A stretch of DNA of 64,000 bases from positions 28,706,001 to 28,770,000 of the forward strand of contig OZ024746.1 in assembly GCA_964016885.1 (NCBI GenBank). The letters run 5' to 3'. The stretch comes from Eledone cirrhosa. Lineage: Eukaryota. The stretch's first letter is position 1. Each line of letters opens with the position of its first letter. Position numbers and translations under genes: made by a program. Below, piece after piece: positions 57,224 to 64,000 of the stretch. Below the pieces are notes generated by a model. It saw only the letters and a list, made by a program, of their open reading frames with translations, was not told the origin of the DNA and ran no database searches.

Positions 57224-57707
57224 TAAAATATGTCTTTAGAATCACTAGATATAGTATATACCAATTCCTCTCCCAATTAGCATAATTAACCATATAAAAG
57301 ATCAATTAGACCAAGCTATAAGAATAAAGGCTCTTATGAAGAAATCTCCGACAAATAACCGAAAGCAGCCCCTTCGCGGTGGCTACGATAGATATTTATC
57401 TAACATTTCGACAGCATGTAAAAATCGACCAGATATACAGTATATATATATAGATAGATATATATATGTATGTATGTATATATATATATATATTCATCTA
57501 GGCGAAAGAGATTGGCTTAATTTAGTTTTAGTGATTAGTTTAGCACTTTGCCCTCTAAAATTGTTAGAAAACTTATGCGATAAACATAATATGTACATAA
57601 ATTGTAGCGCATATCCAAATAGATGCGTGTTTTGGTGGTTTGGGGAGAAAATTATAATGATTGGTGGGGGCATGGCCACGCTCCATCAGCCCCAGTTCCT
57701 CCGCCCC

Positions 57708-57743
<36 letters not shown>

Positions 57744-57865
57744 GTTGAAACGGCCGGAGCTCAGCCATCGGGGTCTTGACTCTTTTCCTATTACCCACTC
57801 TACTACCCTAAGTGTCGAGTACTCTGTTGCGTTATGGTCCACCTGGTTCCTTACCAGATTTTCTT

Positions 57866-57917
<52 letters not shown>

Positions 57918-57939
57918 ATTTATTATGCTATTGGTGAGC

Positions 57940-58100
57940 GGGTGTGATTCTAAAGTTTCACCTGCGCACTCACAGGTTCACCAGTCATTTCTGATGATCC
58001 TGTAATTACACAGGTAAACCTCCAGAGTAACAAGGCACATCAATTAGCCATAATAAATGAATATTTAAACTCTACTTCGGTATTGAGTTTTTATTCTTAC
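57940..58100 (+). mobile_element. Decayed fold-back pLTR with HHR-like cores (family G)
   Basis: CTGATGA-tcctgt aattac acaggt at 57991; opposite-strand CTGGTGA-acctg...caggt-GAAA; related piece at ~31110-31200. Confidence 0.5.
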
Positions 58101-58717
58101 GTCAGTCAATAATTCACGTACTCTAAGGTCTAATTATTTTATTACATTAAAAAAACATTATATACGGCAAAAGCAGAACCTTACAAGTAATCCCATATTT
58201 ACGAACGTTATCTGTTCAATTACCGATTTTCCAAGCCCCTATATCCCCACCCATCCTATTATTTGGGACCGCCTCTACACCTACTACACGACACTCTCCT
58301 ATTCTCCTTCTTCTATATCTACAACCACAAAATACTCCTCCTCTCTATATCTTTTAAGATATGTCTCTCCCAATCCCCCCTCTCTATATCAGTTACCACT
58401 AAATTATCCACTCTCTATATCTACCATACAACACTCTCTCTCTCTCTCTCTCTCATGCCCTCTCATTCTATCTCCTTCATTACCAAACTCTCCCCCTTTA
58501 TATATCTAATATACAACACACTCTCCCAACCTTCCTCTCTGTATCAATTACCACGTAACACTCCCCCTCTCTCTATCTGTATCTGTATCTATCTCTTTCA
58601 CCTGCCTCTACATAACATATACATAAATTATAAGGCATATACAAATAGATGTATATTTTGGTATTTGTGGGAGAAAAACAAAATTATTGAGGTTCCCCTG
58701 GCACTCATCTCCATAGC

Positions 58718-58749
<32 letters not shown>

Positions 58750-58752
<3 letters not shown>

Positions 58753-59386
58753 AGGTCACCAGTTGGTGCTACTGGTAACATGTATCCCAGTACAACCTGT
58801 CTCATGGTCGGGTCGTTGGCGACTAAACTGGCAACCCCACCAAGGTTTCTTGGTGAGGAGGGTGACTTTGGACATCCTGCAGGACTAAAAACAAAACCTG
58901 TCAAAGGGCAAAGGAGCTCTTAAGAGTCAATGGCCATCCAAAATCACCGGGAGAGATGACCCCTTTAGCCTTAGTCAAGGCAGAATTCTAGGAGAAGGAA
59001 AACTCTGATATAACACCTGCAACCCTGATGGTATCCAATGATGTTGACTTGTTCTTCTTTTTGGTAAATAGCATCTTGGTTAAGAGAGTGGGACTGGCTT
59101 TGTGCAGTGCCTTTGCTCACTATAAAAGCTTCACGGCACAGGCATTGCTTTATATCTGGAGATCTCTCTGCACTTGTCCTCACATGGGCCCAGCACTATG
59201 TGTCAATAATTGTCCTACCATGGGCCTAGCACTATGTGTCAATGATTGTCACAGGTGTAGTGTTTGTACCAGAGGTTTCAAGTCGCTGGCTGGACTAAAA
59301 AGTCACACTCGTTCAGCGCTTCGGTAGGGGTTATCCTACATGGATGTAAAGTAGTGGCCGTACTCGAAAACGAGTTGGCAGCCACC

Positions 59387-59387
<1 letters not shown>
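58750..59387 (+). mobile_element. Longest copy of the bipartite RTE-derived element
   Basis: Extra ~200-bp 5' leader; ends GAGTTGGCAGCCACCAT. Confidence 0.78.
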
Positions 59388-59417
<30 letters not shown>

Positions 59418-59459
59418 CATACATACATACATACATACATGCATACATACATACATACA

Positions 59460-59492
<33 letters not shown>

Positions 59493-59505
59493 GCATGCAT
59501 ACATA

Positions 59506-59920
59506 CATGGTGGCTGCCAACTCGTTTTCGAGTACGGCCACTACTTTATATCCATGTAGGAGAAACCCTACTGATGCGCTGAACAAGTGTGACTTTTTAG
59601 TCCACCCAGCGACTTGAAAACTCTGGTACAAACACTACACCTGTGACAATTATTGACACATAGTGCTGCACCCATGGTACCATGTGATGACAAGTGCAGA
59701 GAGATCTCCAGATATAAAGCAATGCCTGTGCCGTGAAGCTTTTATAGTGAGCAAAGGCACTGCACAAAGTTAGTCCCACTCTCTTAACCAAGATTATATT
59801 TACCAAAAAGAAGAACAAGTCAACACCATTGGATACCATCAGGGTTGCAGGTGTTATATCAGAGATTTCCTTCTCCTAGAATTCTGCCTTGACAAATGCT
59901 AAGGGGTCAACTCTCCCGGT
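59506..59920 (-). mobile_element. Bipartite RTE-derived element, tail-to-tail with 58750-59387
   Basis: Reverse complement of ~58945-59387 with (ATGT)n tail. Confidence 0.78.
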
Positions 59921-59976
59921 ATTATACATACATACATACATACATACATACATACATACATACATACATACATACA

Positions 59977-60009
<33 letters not shown>

Positions 60010-60155
60010 CTTGTTTACTCTTTGTTAATTATTCAGACATGGAGAACGACGAGATCTGCAGGCTTAAAATATCTAAGGAACGCAATGTACGTCTACGGTG
60101 CCCCTGTAACTCTAGTATGGGTTACAGGACGATATCTACAAAACCATATATACAC

Positions 60156-60260
<105 letters not shown>

Positions 60261-60520
60261 TGATTACATGTCTATTTTTATACGTATATATAACTGCATT
60301 ATCAAAGATAATATCAAACAGTTATTCATAACAAGCTTAGTGGCTCCCAAATACGGTCAGGCTAGTGTTAAGTATTTTGCTCAAAGTTAACAACCGATTA
60401 TTGTTAAAGAAATTTTTCTGTCACAAATCATTCATATGTGCTCCCCCTCTCGCTCGCTCTCTAAATATTTATATGTATGCGTGTGTATATATGTATATAT
60501 ATATATATACACACACACAC

Positions 60521-60557
<37 letters not shown>

Positions 60558-62117
60558 GTGCGTGTGTGTGTGTGTATATATAGATATATGTGTGTGTGTG
60601 CGTAAGAAAAAAATCAAAAATAGAAAACAACTCAGGAGAAACTACACTAAGATGGTGGTATATTTGTGTAACACTCGACATATTTCACAGAGGCAGAGAG
60701 GGAAAGAATGAGAGAGAGGGAAAGAATGAGGAAGAGGGGAGGGAGAGGGAATGTTGAAAAGGACACAAAATTATCGAATATTTTAAATTCCAAAAGTCAT
60801 GATGCTTTGGTAAAATATCATTTGTTAATTCCTAGTAATATTACTGCAACACAACACAGTTGATGTTTGTAGTTTTTATCAGCCAAACAATCGTGTCTTT
60901 GAAACATCGTGGATATTGTATGAAAGATGTTCGTTAAAATATTCAGTGTATTTTCTGGTATTAGTCACGTAACAAGCAACTGTTAAACGAATTCTTATTT
61001 GATACATCTATATATAGATTGTTGTTATATTACAAATTCTTATCTGAATTTTCCCCGTTGTCGTTGTTGGTTTATTTATTCTATTATGTCTTTGCTTTCG
61101 GAAATGGGTCTGTTATCGTAGTAGGGCGGAGGATGGCGTCTTAATGATGATAATGATAGTGGAGTTGGTGGTGGTAGTGGTGGGGGTGATCAGGATGTTG
61201 AAATACTGGGGAAGCTGGTGGAGACGATGACGACAGCGATGATGAATGATGGTGATGATGATGCTCTACATCATGACCTTGGGGAGAATGTTAATGATAC
61301 AAATGATGATGATGATGATGATGATGATTTAGATGATAGCGTGGATGATGCTGATAAAGATGATAATATCGTTAAAGATTAATTCTGTCCATTCCTGGGC
61401 ATTGAACTGCTTACTATGTCATAGGTTCATCCTCAGGATATACGTGTTGCTATGTTGCCATGGGCATTTTAAACCCAGCGGTGCCGATCCCTCATTAAGT
61501 CTAAATGTAGTGTGATTGAAAGACAAGGTTGTAAAGCGACCCCCTTAACCACGTAGCCACACTGCCTGCTACACCTAAATGTATAACAACTTCACGATAA
61601 GTGTGTGATTTACTAAATAGCTTTCACCGAACATAAAACATTTATGTAGCTTAATAATTAGAGCGTTCGTCTGACGATCACAAGGTTATGAGATTAATTC
61701 CAAGCAGCACACTTTGTCCTTGAGCAAGACATTTTATTTTCCGTAGGAAAAGTAGCTTCAACTTGTAGCAATAACTTATAATGTAATTCAAAGGGCCATA
61801 CTTGTCGTAGATTGTGTCAAGCAGAAATTCCTTGAGAACTACTACATATATATGTCTGTGAAATGCTCAGTCACTTACATTACACTTTAATTTCACATGT
61901 AGACTCTTCTGATGTTAGAATCAACTGGAACTCAAGTAGCGACCACTCGAGAACTACTGAACACAATGAAATTGTGTGTAGAGCAATTTAATCAAATTCT
62001 TTTAATCAGAGATGTTTAAAATGCAGCTCAATCACCATTTTAATTACCTGTGGCGATGCTTTAATTTCGCAAAGACATTAAATATATCGCTATGACTACT
62101 CAAACATCATCACATTG

Positions 62118-62159
<42 letters not shown>

Positions 62160-62444
62160 AACCATCAACATCATCACCATTATTATCGTCATCACCCCCA
62201 TCATCATTATCATCATCCACCTCATTGTTATCATTATCATCATTGTGAAACTCATTATTATCATCATCATCACCACCACCATCATCATCATCCTCATCCT
62301 CATCAATATCACCATCATCATCATCACCATGTCATCATCATCATCATCATCATCACCACATCATCATCAGCACGATCATTCTCGCTCCACCCCTCTCTCT
62401 CTCGTTCTCTATATATATCTCTCTCCCCCTCTCCCCCCCTCGCT

Positions 62445-62489
<45 letters not shown>

Positions 62490-62916
62490 ACTCTCAGTTC
62501 ATATTTTATTTGCTTATGAGACGCAATAGATAAATTAAAACTCATTATTAATTGACGTTATATCATCGGGGAAATTCATATTAACATTTTAGCTCCACCT
62601 ACTTTAGAGAAGATGCTTCAGGCTTTAAGCTCATTGCAGTGGCCATTTTTATGTTGTAAATTATCAGCATCGTTGTCGTCGTCGTTATCGTCCTCTTCCC
62701 CTCCTCCTCCTTATCCTCCTCCTCATCATCATCATCATCATCACTATCATTATCGTCATCAACATAGCCATCACCATTATCCTAGGTTTCGTCCCCAAAA
62801 TGACTATCAAATTTAATGAGTCAGATATAGAGAAAGTTATAAACATCAGGAATATAAAATATATGATGTCGCAATTTGTTATAATATAGCTACACTAATA
62901 GATCCTCTCATTCAAT

Positions 62917-62979
<63 letters not shown>

Positions 62980-64000
62980 TATACATAATATTATACATTA
63001 TACTAAAAGGAAAAAGTTACATCATTCTGCATCGCTTTTGCTATATATCTTGTTAATATAATTTGAATTCTAGATAAGCTGATAAGCTGGTCATTGACAC
63101 TCATCTTGGTGTATACATTGAAAGTGTTTTACTAGCAAATTATTTCAGAATATTTGTTGCCGCAGAAAAATAATAGGATCTCCGTCAGTTTCGATGAAAT
63201 TCATTCAGTTGTTCGATAAAATGAATAACACCCAACTAGTGAATTAACCAATAAATAGTTGAGTTATTATAAGAATTACCATGACTTCCATCTATAGATC
63301 AGCTTACTTGGGTCTGGAGCACCAGTATTTGGTAGAGATATTCACCAATAACAATATAATAATGATCATGTCTTCGATCTCTACATCAGCTTTCTAAAAT
63401 AGCAAGCACGATTTCTAATCTTTGATCCTCCGTCATCTTCAATGATCAGCACTCAGTCGTTCCTTCAGCTCAAATCTAGCTCATTCAGTTAGCATGAAAG
63501 TGGTTGAGTATTCCACTTACATGTATGCCCTTAACGTAATTCTCTTGCCGAATTAGTGTGCCACAATGGGTGACAAGGGTGGGGGTTTTGAATTTACAGG
63601 TACAATCAATTCGGCGGTCTTCAACACAGTTTCCCCTTACACAATTTCACTTACAAATTTGGTTTCACCTGAGGCTATCATAAATATTTTCTCATAGTAT
63701 CACGTAGTCAGAGGGAATCCCAGACCTCCAGATTGCGGAGCGCAATTCTTAACCAGTGAGATGCGTTTAGATAAATATTCTCTTGAATTTAGATAAGTTG
63801 TTTATTGTCTCTTAGTTGGGTTTATACACAGAGACTGTTCCACTATTAATGGGTTTGAGAAATAATGGTGTGTGTAGTGGTTGTAGTTGCAAATCTTCCT
63901 GAGAATTATGGCAAATGTACAGGTGGCTATGGTTGCTCAGCCACTTACACGATGGTTTATATAAAATGGATTACACCTGCTATAGAAGTTGCCGGTCTTC

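Overview
Eukaryotic, AT-rich, apparently gene-free window: I found no credible host exon, rRNA or tRNA, and almost every ORF in the track is a translation of (TA)n, (CA)n, (ATGT)n or trinucleotide repeats. The tRNA-headed SINEs and extreme microsatellite density resemble cephalopod (Octopus-like) DNA; this is an inference. Recognisable content: about 15 copies of one tRNA-derived SINE, several with clear ATTAT-starting target-site duplications; an older second SINE; RTE and Tx1-like LINE remnants plus a bipartite non-autonomous RTE element; MITEs; a DNA-transposase remnant; and two 5'-truncated Penelope-like retroelements with GIY-YIG endonuclease (one with the Naiad-type CxCx5C linker). The most notable signal is a dense set of non-coding elements from several unrelated sequence families that sit in or next to (TA)n arrays, carry type I hammerhead-ribozyme (HHR) folds, and share a fold-back design: an inverted copy of the terminus at one end and an unpaired tail at the other. 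Many tails share a TYGAGYRCT motif, several HHRs have non-canonical cores (U3-A8, U.U closing helix II), and one family forms a ~468-nt terminally redundant, retrozyme-like monomer. All folds were assigned by eye and need computational and biochemical confirmation.
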